From Pseudomonadota bacterium (GTDB lineage: Bacteria; Pseudomonadota; Gammaproteobacteria; Burkholderiales; DATLHW01): a stretch of DNA of 64,000 bases. This document shows positions 28,880 through 37,627 of the stretch, one piece after another. Both the position numbers and the translations under genes were made by a program. Under the pieces are notes generated by a model. The model ran no database searches, was not told where the DNA came from, and saw only the letters and a list, made by a program, of their open reading frames with translations. The stretch's first letter is position 1. Each line of letters opens with the position of its first letter. The DNA lies in NCBI GenBank assembly GCA_040388195.1, contig JAZKCF010000037.1:3512-67511 (forward strand), written 5' to 3'.

Positions 28880-30154
28880 ATGAATATCAAACGTCATGCT
28901 TGTGTTGTTTTGGCGATATGTTTCTTAGTCTCCGGATGTGGAGGGGGCGGCAGCAGCAACTCCGATAGCGGGGTAGCAGCCGCTTACAATTATTTTCCCG
29001 GTAGGCAAGTCGCATTTACACAAACGTCGGGTAAAGTGGTTGGTGGCTATCTTTACAATGGCGCCATTGCTGGCGGCTACGATTTAAGTTTATTGCCCGC
29101 CGATAGTCTCACTCACATGTTGTATGCCTTTTTAACCATTTGTGGGCCCGGCCAGAGCACAAGTGACACTACCGTTTGCGCCGGGAAAACCGATTTTGAA
29201 CTGGCGGCTGACGGTTCGACTGTCGATAATACTTATAACACGGCGTTTCTAACGTTAAAGCAAAGAGCACCCAACATAAAAATTCTTGCTTCTATTGGGG
29301 GTGGTGGTGGCTCAAATCCGTTTTTTTATATGGCGGGCGACTCAGCCAAGCGCGCAGTTTTCATCAATTCAGTTGTCAGTTGGTTGAACAGCCATACAGC
29401 TTTTGATGGGGTTGATATTGACTGGGAGGCCCCCACTGATAATTATGGCCAAGGGGGGATACAGCTTGGATCGGTAGGCGACGGACAATCCTATGTCGAT
29501 CTCTTGCACGATTTACGCACTGCGCTGGATCAATTAGGAATTACTAACGGACGGCAATATCAGCTGACCTCAGCGGTCATCACCTATAACCCCCTCGTTA
29601 CAGCTATCAACTACGCAGCAGCGCAAGTTTACGTCGACTACTTCTTTGCAATGACTTACGACTATTTCGGTAGCTGGTCGAGCACTGTGGGGCATCACGC
29701 ATCGCTCTATCCATCAACTAGTCAATTCGGCATTCAAACGCTTATCGACGCAGGTGTTCCACGTTCAAAATTGGTGCAAGGCGCAGCTATGTATAGCCGA
29801 GGGTGGGGCGCTTGCACGGATGACACGAATCCAATGCAGGGTACCGGTAATAGTGCTTACAACGGCGGCGATGGAACAGAAGTCTATAGCACGCTTGCTA
29901 CTGGTTATTTAAACAGCAGTGGTAATGGGATTAATGGCTATCAGGTTCGTTACGATTCGACGTTGCATGCCTACTATTTGTGGAACGCAACGACGTTTAC
30001 GTTCATTGGTTATGATGATCCGCGCGCTGTTGTCGAAAAAGGCCAATATGTTGTTAGCCAAAATCTTGCAGGTATTTTTGCTTGGCAACTGACGGGGGAC
30101 AATGGAGATATTCTGAGCGCGATGAATCACGGTGTTGGGAATACTCAGCAATAG
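28880..30154 (+). CDS. glycoside hydrolase family 18 (chitinase-like) lipoprotein
   Basis: Lipobox ..FLVSGCGGGG..; GH18 motifs ..ILASIGGG.., catalytic ..FDGVDIDWEAP.. (DxxDxDxE), ..FAMTYDYFG.. and ..GIFAWQLTGD.. Confidence 0.85.
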   Translation: MNIKRHACVVLAICFLVSGCGGGGSSNSDSGVAAAYNYFPGRQVAFTQTSGKVVGGYLYNGAIAGGYDLSLLPADSLTHMLYAFLTICGPGQSTSDTTVCAGKTDFELAADGSTVDNTYNTAFLTLKQRAPNIKILASIGGGGGSNPFFYMAGDSAKRAVFINSVVSWLNSHTAFDGVDIDWEAPTDNYGQGGIQLGSVGDGQSYVDLLHDLRTALDQLGITNGRQYQLTSAVITYNPLVTAINYAAAQVYVDYFFAMTYDYFGSWSSTVGHHASLYPSTSQFGIQTLIDAGVPRSKLVQGAAMYSRGWGACTDDTNPMQGTGNSAYNGGDGTEVYSTLATGYLNSSGNGINGYQVRYDSTLHAYYLWNATTFTFIGYDDPRAVVEKGQYVVSQNLAGIFAWQLTGDNGDILSAMNHGVGNTQQ

Positions 30155-30181
30155 CTGAATTAGACCACAGTTCAATTGTCG

Positions 30182-30213
30182 AATTGCCTCACTCCAAAGT
30201 GAGGCAATTTTTT
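30182..30213 (+). terminator. rho-independent terminator
   Basis: AATTGCCTCACtccaaaGTGAGGCAATTTTTT lies directly after the GH18 gene. Its T-run overlaps the stop codon of the convergent yffB-like gene. Confidence 0.75.
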
Positions 30214-30562
30214 ATAAATCTTTAAACAGTTCCTTATAAATCTCGGGCGCAAATCCAACATAGATTTGGCCATCTACTTCCAATACCGGTCGCTTGATCA
30301 AACTTGGCTTTTCAACCATTAAGCGTTGAGCGGCGCCGGCATCAACGACGCCGTTTTTCACGTCATCTGTCAACGCTCGCCAGGTTGTACCTTTACGATT
30401 TACTAGCGTTTCCCAGCCGACTGCTTTTTCCCATCGTTCCAAAAGGGCAGGGGTAACCCCCTCGGATTTAAAATCATGGAAGGGTACAGAAAGTCCGCGA
30501 TCGGCGAGCCAAGCGCGAGCTTTCTTTACAGTGTCGCAGTTTTTGATGCCGTAAAGCTTCAT
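30212..30562 (-). CDS. yffB: ArsC/Spx family protein, YffB-like
   Basis: [19 protein letters not shown].. with the conserved Cys; collinear with E. coli YffB. It has an ATGA-type 4-nt overlap with dapD. Confidence 0.85.
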   Translation of the reverse strand: MKLYGIKNCDTVKKARAWLADRGLSVPFHDFKSEGVTPALLERWEKAVGWETLVNRKGTTWRALTDDVKNGVVDAGAAQRLMVEKPSLIKRPVLEVDGQIYVGFAPEIYKELFKDL

Positions 30563-31377
30563 GCGCGCAGTAGTTCGTTGATGCTGGTCTTCGCGCGTGT
30601 TTTTGCATCGACTTGTTTAACGATGACGGCGCAATAAAGACTGTATTTGCCATCCGCTGAAGGCAGATTGCCGGAGACGACGACTGATCCTGGCGGAATG
30701 TGGCCATAACTAACTTCACCGGTTTCACGGTTGTATATCTTGGTGCTTTGTCCGATGTATACGCCCATGGAAATCACCGAGCCTTCGCCGACAATAACGC
30801 CTTCCACGACTTCCGAACGGGCGCCGATAAAGCAATTGTCTTCGATGATAGTCGGTCCGGCTTGCACAGGTTCCAGTACACCGCCGATGCCGACGCCGCC
30901 GGAAAGATGTACGTTTTTGCCGATCTGTGCGCAGGAGCCAACTGTCGCCCAGGTATCAACCATCGTACCTTCATCAACGTAAGCGCCGATATTCACATAA
31001 GAAGGCATCAGCACGACATTTTTCGCAATGAATGAACCACGGCGCGCGACGGCAGGGGGTACTACGCGATAGCCACCTTCTTGGAAGTCCTTGTCGGTGA
31101 AATTGGCGAACTTGGTATCTACTTTGTCGTAGAAATGCGTGCTGCCGCCCTGCATGATTTGATTGTCTTTCAAGCGGAAGGAAAGCAATACTGCTTTTTT
31201 AATCCACTGATGGGTTTGCCATGCGCCGTCGATTTTCTCTGCGACACGCAATTTGCCGGCGTCCAGTTGATTCAATACATGCGCAACGGCGTCTTTCAAC
31301 TCAGCAGGTGCGTTAGCGGGAGAAAAATCGGCGCGGCGTTCAAAAGCTGCTTCAATAATGTTTTGTAGATTATCCAT
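30559..31377 (-). CDS. dapD: 2,3,4,5-tetrahydropyridine-2,6-dicarboxylate N-succinyltransferase
   Basis: 272 aa. The N-terminus ..[14 protein letters not shown].. and the left-handed beta-helix hexapeptide repeats (..[40 protein letters not shown]..) fit DapD. Confidence 0.95.
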   Translation of the reverse strand: MDNLQNIIEAAFERRADFSPANAPAELKDAVAHVLNQLDAGKLRVAEKIDGAWQTHQWIKKAVLLSFRLKDNQIMQGGSTHFYDKVDTKFANFTDKDFQEGGYRVVPPAVARRGSFIAKNVVLMPSYVNIGAYVDEGTMVDTWATVGSCAQIGKNVHLSGGVGIGGVLEPVQAGPTIIEDNCFIGARSEVVEGVIVGEGSVISMGVYIGQSTKIYNRETGEVSYGHIPPGSVVVSGNLPSADGKYSLYCAVIVKQVDAKTRAKTSINELLRA

Positions 31378-31387
31378 AAGATTGTAT

Positions 31388-32584
31388 TTAACTCAGTTGT
31401 TCAATGAAATTACGAATGCGATTCGCGGCTTCGCTCGATTCGGCTGTGGACGAAACCAGCGCGATACGCACAAAATTTTGGCCGGGATTCATGCCATGTA
31501 CATCGCGGCCAAGCAAGCTGCCGGGCAAGACGGTCACATTAGTGTCGCGTAATAAGCGGACAGCGAAATCTTTATCGTCAATTGGTGTGCGGACCCAATA
31601 GTAGAAGGATGCAGCGGGTTTGATCAGAGGCATTACCGGATTGATGGCATCATAGAAAGTGTCAAATTTCTCTGTATACAAGCGCCGATTTTCCCGTACA
31701 TGCGCTTCGTCTTTCCAAGCGGCTTCAGACGCGGCTTGAATCGCACCCCCCATCGCCGAGCCATGATAAGTCCGGTATAGAGAGAATTGCTTGATAATCG
31801 TCGCATCTCCCGCTGCAAAGCCGGAGCGCATGCCGGGTACGTTGGAGCGCTTGGACAGTGAACCCAGTACGACCAGTCGTGGAAAGTCATCACGGCCTAA
31901 TTGTCGGGCAGCTTGCAGTGCGCCTAACGGTGGATTCGCTTCGTCGAAGTAAATCTCCGTGTAGCATTCGTCAGCGGCAATAACGAAACCATATTTGTCG
32001 GACAAGACGAATAATTCGCGCCACTCATCCAGCGTCATCACAGCGCCGTTCGGATTTCCAGGTGAGCAAGTGAACACCAGTTGTACACGACGCCAGATGT
32101 CGTCCGGTACACTCGCCCAATTCAAGCGGTAAGCAGTTTCTGACAGCGTATTGATGAAGTAAGGGCGTAGCCCTGCCAGCAGCGCGGCGCCTTCATAAAT
32201 CTGGTAGAAGGGATTAGGACATAACACTAGCCCATCGCTCTTGCTGCCATCCAGCACCGCTTGTGCAAATGAAAACAGTGCTTCGCGGCTACCTAGTGTC
32301 GGAATAATTTGTGTCGCTGGGTCAATTTGCGTGACACCATAGCGGCGTTGCAGCCAATCGGCGATCGCTTGTCGTAGAGAATCCCGACCTATCGTCGTTG
32401 GATATCCTGCCAGCCCATCGAGGTTGCTACTCAGCGCGTCGCGTATGAACTGCGGCGTTGCATGCTTGGGCTCGCCAATCGATAAATTGATCGGCTTCAA
32501 TTGCGCATTAGGCACAATGCCATTGAAAAGCTGTCGTAGCTTTTCAAAAGGATAAGGTTGCAGAAGTTGTAACTTTGGATTCAT
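31388..32584 (-). CDS. dapC: succinyldiaminopimelate transaminase
   Basis: Class I aminotransferase (..NPGNPNG.., PLP-Lys region ..[15 protein letters not shown]..). It lies directly upstream of dapD, as in the betaproteobacterial dapC-dapD arrangement. Confidence 0.85.
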   Translation of the reverse strand: MNPKLQLLQPYPFEKLRQLFNGIVPNAQLKPINLSIGEPKHATPQFIRDALSSNLDGLAGYPTTIGRDSLRQAIADWLQRRYGVTQIDPATQIIPTLGSREALFSFAQAVLDGSKSDGLVLCPNPFYQIYEGAALLAGLRPYFINTLSETAYRLNWASVPDDIWRRVQLVFTCSPGNPNGAVMTLDEWRELFVLSDKYGFVIAADECYTEIYFDEANPPLGALQAARQLGRDDFPRLVVLGSLSKRSNVPGMRSGFAAGDATIIKQFSLYRTYHGSAMGGAIQAASEAAWKDEAHVRENRRLYTEKFDTFYDAINPVMPLIKPAASFYYWVRTPIDDKDFAVRLLRDTNVTVLPGSLLGRDVHGMNPGQNFVRIALVSSTAESSEAANRIRNFIEQLS

Positions 32585-32668
32585 TAACGAGCAATCGCCA
32601 TATTACCAACTGTGCGTTTTTTGCCGCCTCCGAGGATGAGGGCAAAGACGACGCTGGTTTTGGGGTGA

Positions 32669-33577
32669 ATGAAAAAGCTTCGTATTATAAAGGGTGGACC
32701 GGTTTTGAATGAACACAAACTTTTGCCCGTCGCAGGTTTGCTATTTTCGGCTGTTGCCTGGGGGATTATCTGGTATCCCTATCGGCTATTAGGAGGTATC
32801 GGCGTCAGTGGCGAAATGGCCATACTTGTCACTTATCTGGTCGCATTAATAGCAACTACCGTATTTTCCCCTCACGCTTGGCGGCAATTTGCGCGAGCGC
32901 CTGGTACCTTGATGGTCGTGGCGATCGCTGCGGGCTGGTGTAACCTCGCGTACGTTCTAGGAGTGCTTAGCGGCGAAGTCATGCGTGTGACGCTTCTCTT
33001 TTATCTTGCTCCCCTTTGGACGGTTCCCTTTGCGAGAGTCATTCTTAAGGAACGTATCAGTGGCGTTGGCTACTTGGTTGTGTTCTTCGCTTTTTGTGGC
33101 GCTGTCGTCATGTTGTGGAATCCGGTCTGGGGCTTACCAATGCCCTCAACCAACGCGGAATGGTTAGGGCTTTCGTCTGGTTTTTGTTTTGCCCTTGCGA
33201 ATGTCATGATTCGTCGTGCGGATACGTGTGGTGTTGTTATTAAATCGTTGACCGTCTTCTTGGGTGTGGTGCTGGCAGCTTTGTGTGCTGCTTTGCTAAC
33301 ACCAAACGTAACGGCTAAAGCGTTTTCGTTTCCTTATCAGGCAATGCCGCTTACCTTGCTCATCGGTGGGGTAATCGTGATGATGAGTTTAGCGATTAAT
33401 TACGGGCTTTCACGCGTACCCGCTACACAGGCCATTGTGATTTTGTTATTTGAATTGGTAGTTGCCGCGTTCGCCTCTTACTTTTTGGCTGGTGAAGTCA
33501 TGGGGCTGAAGCAGTGGATAGGCGGGGCCATGATTGTTGCAGCGAGCCTATTCAGCAGCCAAATTAAGTCGGTTTAA
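32669..33577 (+). CDS. EamA/DMT family transporter
   Basis: About ten predicted TM helices in two EamA-like halves. Confidence 0.8.
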   Translation: MKKLRIIKGGPVLNEHKLLPVAGLLFSAVAWGIIWYPYRLLGGIGVSGEMAILVTYLVALIATTVFSPHAWRQFARAPGTLMVVAIAAGWCNLAYVLGVLSGEVMRVTLLFYLAPLWTVPFARVILKERISGVGYLVVFFAFCGAVVMLWNPVWGLPMPSTNAEWLGLSSGFCFALANVMIRRADTCGVVIKSLTVFLGVVLAALCAALLTPNVTAKAFSFPYQAMPLTLLIGGVIVMMSLAINYGLSRVPATQAIVILLFELVVAAFASYFLAGEVMGLKQWIGGAMIVAASLFSSQIKSV

Positions 33578-33629
33578 TGTCTGAGTGATTAACCGTAACG
33601 GAATGGCAAAAATCCTGAGGCGCGTTCGT

Positions 33630-34235
33630 TTAGGCCCAAGAATCGTCGTCACTGGGACCGAGGTCATCCAAGCTGTCATCTGTTTGCGAGCTATCGTTAT
33701 TGCCCTCTTTATGATCATTGGTGGTGTTGTCGGCCAATTTGTTAGGCGCAGTGTTTTGACCCTGCGCTTCGTTGTTGCCATGATGTCCTAGCAAGTTTCC
33801 GATCCCGTAAAACAGAAAAGCCCCGCCCGCAACACCAGCCGCCGTTGCGGCCACGCTTCCCAGGAAGCTACCAGCGCCGCTATTGAATAAACCAGGTTGA
33901 GCATTCGCGGGCGGTGCTACGGCGGGAGTAGGAGCAGATGGTGGCGCTGCAACGGGCGGTTGCGATTGTGCATTTCCCCACCCGGATGAACTGAGAAAAC
34001 TGCCGCCACCGGCGTTCAAACTTGTCTGGTTTTGCAACTGCGTAATTTGTGCTTTCGCACTATTCAGAGCCTGCTCTAGCAGCATGGCGCGTTGTACCAG
34101 CAAATAAGCTGCATCCGGCTGTGTAACAACGGCTTTGGCAATAAGTGCCTCGGCTTCTGGATCTTTGACCGTGCCACGGACTTGGGTGAGCTGATTAAGA
34201 AAATCTTGTAACAATTGGTATTCTTGCGAAGTCAT
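33630..34235 (-). CDS. DUF2076 domain-containing protein
   Basis: N-terminal ..LLQDFLNQLTQVRG..KDPEAEALI..QPDAAYLLVQRAMLLEQAL..AQI.QLQ.., then a Pro/Ala/Gly-rich linker and ..GSFLGSVAATAAGVAGGAFLF.., as I recall for DUF2076. Confidence 0.65.
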   Translation of the reverse strand: MTSQEYQLLQDFLNQLTQVRGTVKDPEAEALIAKAVVTQPDAAYLLVQRAMLLEQALNSAKAQITQLQNQTSLNAGGGSFLSSSGWGNAQSQPPVAAPPSAPTPAVAPPANAQPGLFNSGAGSFLGSVAATAAGVAGGAFLFYGIGNLLGHHGNNEAQGQNTAPNKLADNTTNDHKEGNNDSSQTDDSLDDLGPSDDDSWA

Positions 34236-34321
34236 AATCTATCCACATTAGTCATAAAGCTGCTGATTAGACGCAAATAGCGGTCATGGGTTCTCAGTCT
34301 ACGCAGATAAGCTTCCGCCAT

Positions 34322-34356
34322 CAAAAACTAAAAAGGCCCAGGTAAACCTGGGCCTT
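34322..34356 (-). terminator. rho-independent terminator (minus strand)
   Basis: GGCCCAGGtaaaCCTGGGCC at 34335-34354. On the minus strand it is followed by TTTTTAGTTTTT. It lies 22 nt after the small secreted-protein gene. Confidence 0.7.
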
Positions 34357-34377
34357 AGTATTTATTGCTTTATAGAA

Positions 34378-34632
34378 TTACTGTGCTGCTGGAGTGGTAG
34401 AAGCATGTGCTTTCTTCTTGCCATGATGTTTGCGGTGATGCCGCTTATTTTGTTTTACGGCTTTTTTGCTTGGCTTGGCGGTTGGTGCGGCGGCTTCAGC
34501 TGGAATCGGTGCTGCGGTTACTACTGGTGCGGACGGAAGAGCTGGCGGGGCTGGGGGGGCGATAGGCGCGCCTTGAGCAAATACAACAGGGGCAGCGAGC
34601 GCAATGGCTAAGGCAGCAATCAGCTTTTTCAT
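34378..34632 (-). CDS. small secreted Ala/Pro-rich protein with His/Lys-rich tail
   Basis: Signal peptide MKKLIAALAIALAAPVVFAQG, a Pro/Ala repeat region, and the tail ..KQNKRHHRKHHGKKKAH.. It has its own terminator. Confidence 0.55.
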   Translation of the reverse strand: MKKLIAALAIALAAPVVFAQGAPIAPPAPPALPSAPVVTAAPIPAEAAAPTAKPSKKAVKQNKRHHRKHHGKKKAHASTTPAAQ

Positions 34633-34786
34633 GTTTATCTCCTAGATATATCGTTAGTCCGGTATGCCATTTTGGCGATTGAAAGACCGGAAACAATTTC
34701 ATTAACGCGCACCACTGGGGATTGTTGACATGCTGAAGCAAAAGTTTTTGTTTGGGTATACCGGAACTGCGTTTGGATTATCATAG

Positions 34787-34872
34787 GGCCTACGTAATAT
34801 CATCGCGCCTCCTTGCCGTACTGCTCTTGTCGGTGTCGGTGCACCTTCACTGGGGGCGGTTTGCGTAAGTTC
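34787..34872. repeat. degenerate copy of the GGACTTACGCAAAA-type palindromic element
   Basis: It shares ..CCTCCTTGCCGTACTG.. and the right end ..GGGGCGGTTTGCGTAAGTTC with the elements at 37440 and 60337. The left end is degenerate (GGCCTACGTAATA). Confidence 0.45.
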
Positions 34873-34952
34873 TATATCAATGAAGCCTGCTCACAATGAG
34901 CGCTAATATTCAATTAAGCGCGTGTCTCTTAAAGTCGCAGAGGAAATTTCCG

Positions 34953-35744
34953 ATGATGCGGATTGTCGTCTTACTCTACTTAGTACTTTTGGCTTATGTT
35001 CGGCCCGTATGGGCGGAAGTTTCCGAGCGCGTCGTTGATATTCCAACTCGCTTAGGCGTGACGCAACGCTTTGTGCTTCTCACGCCGGAAAACCCAAAGG
35101 CTGCAGTCATTCTCTTTGCTGGTAGCAACGGCGGATTGCAGATTTCGCCTGAAGGTGATTTTAAGTTGGGAAAAACTAATTTCTTGGTGAGAACCCGGCA
35201 GATGTTCGCTGCGCAAGGGTTTATGGTTGCTGTTGTAGACGCGCCATCTGATCGTCAAAAGCCACCGTACTTGCGGGGTTTTCGCGAAAGGCCAGAGCAC
35301 GTGGCTGATATTAAGGCCGTCATCGCTTGGTTGAAGCAGCAAGCCGATATTCCCGTTTGGCTCGTTGGCACTAGCCGCGGCACCGAGTCTGCTGCATTCA
35401 TCGCGACTCAACTTAGTCTGGCCGATGGTGGGCCGGATGGTCTTGTATTAACCGCCACCATGTTAAAGGACGACGAGGCGTGGCCGGTTCCCGATATGGC
35501 GCTTGAGAAACTGGCCGTTCCAGTCCTAGTCGTTCATCACAAACAAGACGGATGCAAGTATTGCCCTTACAAAGGATTGCCGCGTCTTATGAAAAAGCTC
35601 AATGGCGTGCCAAAGAAGGAGTTGCTTACCTTGAAGGGTGGAAAAAATAAGGGCGAGCCTTGTGAGTCACTTGGGTACCATGGCTTTAACGGAATAGAGT
35701 CAGAGGCGATTGAGAAAATTGCCGAATGGGTTATCTCTAAATAA
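34953..35744 (+). CDS. secreted alpha/beta hydrolase
   Basis: ATG at 34953 after GAGGAAA; signal peptide MMRIVVLLYLVLLAYVRPVWA; nucleophile elbow ..LVGTSRGTE.. (GxSxG); later ..VVHHKQDG.. and ..GYHGF.. Confidence 0.8.
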   Translation: MMRIVVLLYLVLLAYVRPVWAEVSERVVDIPTRLGVTQRFVLLTPENPKAAVILFAGSNGGLQISPEGDFKLGKTNFLVRTRQMFAAQGFMVAVVDAPSDRQKPPYLRGFRERPEHVADIKAVIAWLKQQADIPVWLVGTSRGTESAAFIATQLSLADGGPDGLVLTATMLKDDEAWPVPDMALEKLAVPVLVVHHKQDGCKYCPYKGLPRLMKKLNGVPKKELLTLKGGKNKGEPCESLGYHGFNGIESEAIEKIAEWVISK

Positions 35745-35826
35745 ATTATCTATTTCTATCGTCGATATTTTGTAAGGATCGGCGAATCTAGTCGTCTAAT
35801 CCCTATTCTCATCTCGGGAGCATGCC

Positions 35827-36792
35827 GTGTTAATTCGTAAATCGACCGATATCCCGCCTTCTGAAATAACGGACCAACGGTTATATCTTGAGCGGCGAGA
35901 GTTTATGAAGACGGCATCCGCCGCCGCCTTTTCGGCCAGCATGGGCGCTGCCGGGTTGTTATTGCCCACGGAAGCGCATGCTGGACAAAAATTGGAAGGC
36001 TACAAAAAGAATGCCGTTACGCTGGTGGAAAAACTGACTCCTTATAAAGACATTGCTAGCTATAACAATTTCTACGAATTCGGCACCAGTAAATCCGATC
36101 CAGCCGAAACCGCGCATACCCTTAAGACACGCCCATGGCAGATCGCCATCGAAGGTGAAATAAAACGGCCAAAAACTTACGATATTGACGAGCTCTTAAA
36201 GCTAGCGCCATTGGAAGAGCGCATTTATCGGCTGCGTTGTGTGGAGGGTTGGTCAATGGTTATTCCATGGGTCGGCTATTCGCTGAATGAACTCATTAAA
36301 CGAGCTGAACCTACTGGTAACGCGAAGTATGTAGAGTTTGTGACTTTAAATTCGCCGGATCAAATGCCGGGAGTACGTTCGCCGGTTCTGCATTGGCCGT
36401 ATGTGGAAGGGCTGCGGCTCGATGAAGCCATGCATCCGCTGACTTTATTAACCTTGGGTTTATACGGAGAAGTTCTGCCTAACCAAAACGGTGCGCCGGT
36501 TCGGTTGGTAGTGCCGTGGAAATATGGCTTCAAGAGCGCTAAATCGATTGTGAAAATCCGTTTCGTCGAAAAAGAGCCTTTGACCGCTTGGAATCGCGCG
36601 GCATCTAAGGAATACGGTTTTTACTCCAATGTGAATCCAAACGTTGATCATCCGCGCTGGAGCCAAGCAACGGAGCGGCGCATCGGTGAAGATGGTTTTT
36701 TCACACCCAAGCGCAAGACGCTGATGATGAATGGTTATGCCGATCAGGTAGCGCAGTTGTATGCCGGCATGGATTTGAAGAAATATTACTGA
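35827..36792 (+). CDS. msrP: protein-methionine-sulfoxide reductase catalytic subunit MsrP (YedY)
   Basis: Tat signal ..[16 protein letters not shown] and a molybdopterin-binding sulfite-oxidase-like fold (..[16 protein letters not shown]..). It is followed by msrQ. Confidence 0.9.
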   Translation: MLIRKSTDIPPSEITDQRLYLERREFMKTASAAAFSASMGAAGLLLPTEAHAGQKLEGYKKNAVTLVEKLTPYKDIASYNNFYEFGTSKSDPAETAHTLKTRPWQIAIEGEIKRPKTYDIDELLKLAPLEERIYRLRCVEGWSMVIPWVGYSLNELIKRAEPTGNAKYVEFVTLNSPDQMPGVRSPVLHWPYVEGLRLDEAMHPLTLLTLGLYGEVLPNQNGAPVRLVVPWKYGFKSAKSIVKIRFVEKEPLTAWNRAASKEYGFYSNVNPNVDHPRWSQATERRIGEDGFFTPKRKTLMMNGYADQVAQLYAGMDLKKYY

Positions 36793-36802
36793 TTTCAAAA
36801 TA

Positions 36803-37432
36803 ATGAAATACAGTCCTCAACTAAAAGCGCTAAGCTTTTTTCTCGCGCTTTTGCCATTGGCAAGACTTTTTTACGGCGCTTTCACCGAGAGCCTCGGCGC
36901 CAATCCCATCGAATATATTATTCGTGATTTGGGGACTTGGGGCCTTACCTTTTTGCTGATAACTTTGACCATTACGCCACTACGGCGAATCACGAATTGG
37001 AACTGGTTGTTACGATTCCGAAGAATGTTCGGCCTATTTGCCTTTTTCTATGTCTGTTTGCATTTCACGTCGTATATCTGGTGGGACCAATTCTTCGATT
37101 GGGAAGCTATTTGGAAGGATATTGTGAAGCGCCCGTTTATTACGGTGGGGATGTTCACTTTCCTCATGTTGTTGCCGTTGGCGCTAACGTCGACAAATGG
37201 CATGATAAAACGCCTTGGTGCTCGTCGATGGCAGTTGTTGCATCGATTGGTGTATCCGATTGCTATCTGTGGCGTGCTGCATTATTGGTGGTTGGTGAAG
37301 CGGGATCTCACCAAGCCATTTATCTACGCGTCGATACTCGCGATATTGCTAGGTTTCCGCTTAGTTTATAAATATATGGAAAAGCGGGCTGAGAAATCGG
37401 TGTCTAAATATCCCGTTTCTGTCGCGAATTAA
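36803..37432 (+). CDS. msrQ: protein-methionine-sulfoxide reductase heme-binding subunit MsrQ (YedZ)
   Basis: Six TM segments in a ferric-reductase-like membrane domain (..ITPLRR.., ..HFTSY.., ..HRLVY..), 10 nt after msrP. Confidence 0.9.
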   Translation: MKYSPQLKALSFFLALLPLARLFYGAFTESLGANPIEYIIRDLGTWGLTFLLITLTITPLRRITNWNWLLRFRRMFGLFAFFYVCLHFTSYIWWDQFFDWEAIWKDIVKRPFITVGMFTFLMLLPLALTSTNGMIKRLGARRWQLLHRLVYPIAICGVLHYWWLVKRDLTKPFIYASILAILLGFRLVYKYMEKRAEKSVSKYPVSVAN

Positions 37433-37439
37433 ACCAATA

Positions 37440-37619
37440 GGATTTACGCAAAACTGCCCCAGTGGCGTTTGCTCCTCCTTGCCGTACAAACGCGCATTGT
37501 CTGCGTCGCCGCCCTTGCAGGGCGCGTTTGCGCTTGCATGCGCAAACCGTTTCCCAGGCTCGCAGCATGCTGTTCGAAACCCCTGCTCAACCCTTGCTGG
37601 GGCAATTTTGCGTAAGTCC
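37440..37619. repeat. palindromic REP/MITE-like element, tandem double unit (GGAyTTACGCAAAA termini)
   Basis: The left end GGATTTACGCAAAACTGCCCCAG and right end CTGGGGCAATTTTGCGTAAGTCC are reverse complements. The internal junction palindrome GTTTGCGCttgcatGCGCAAAC lies at 37526-37547. The core ..GCTCCTCCTTGCCGTAC.. is shared with 60337-60436. Confidence 0.75.
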
Positions 37620-37627
37620 TAACCAAA

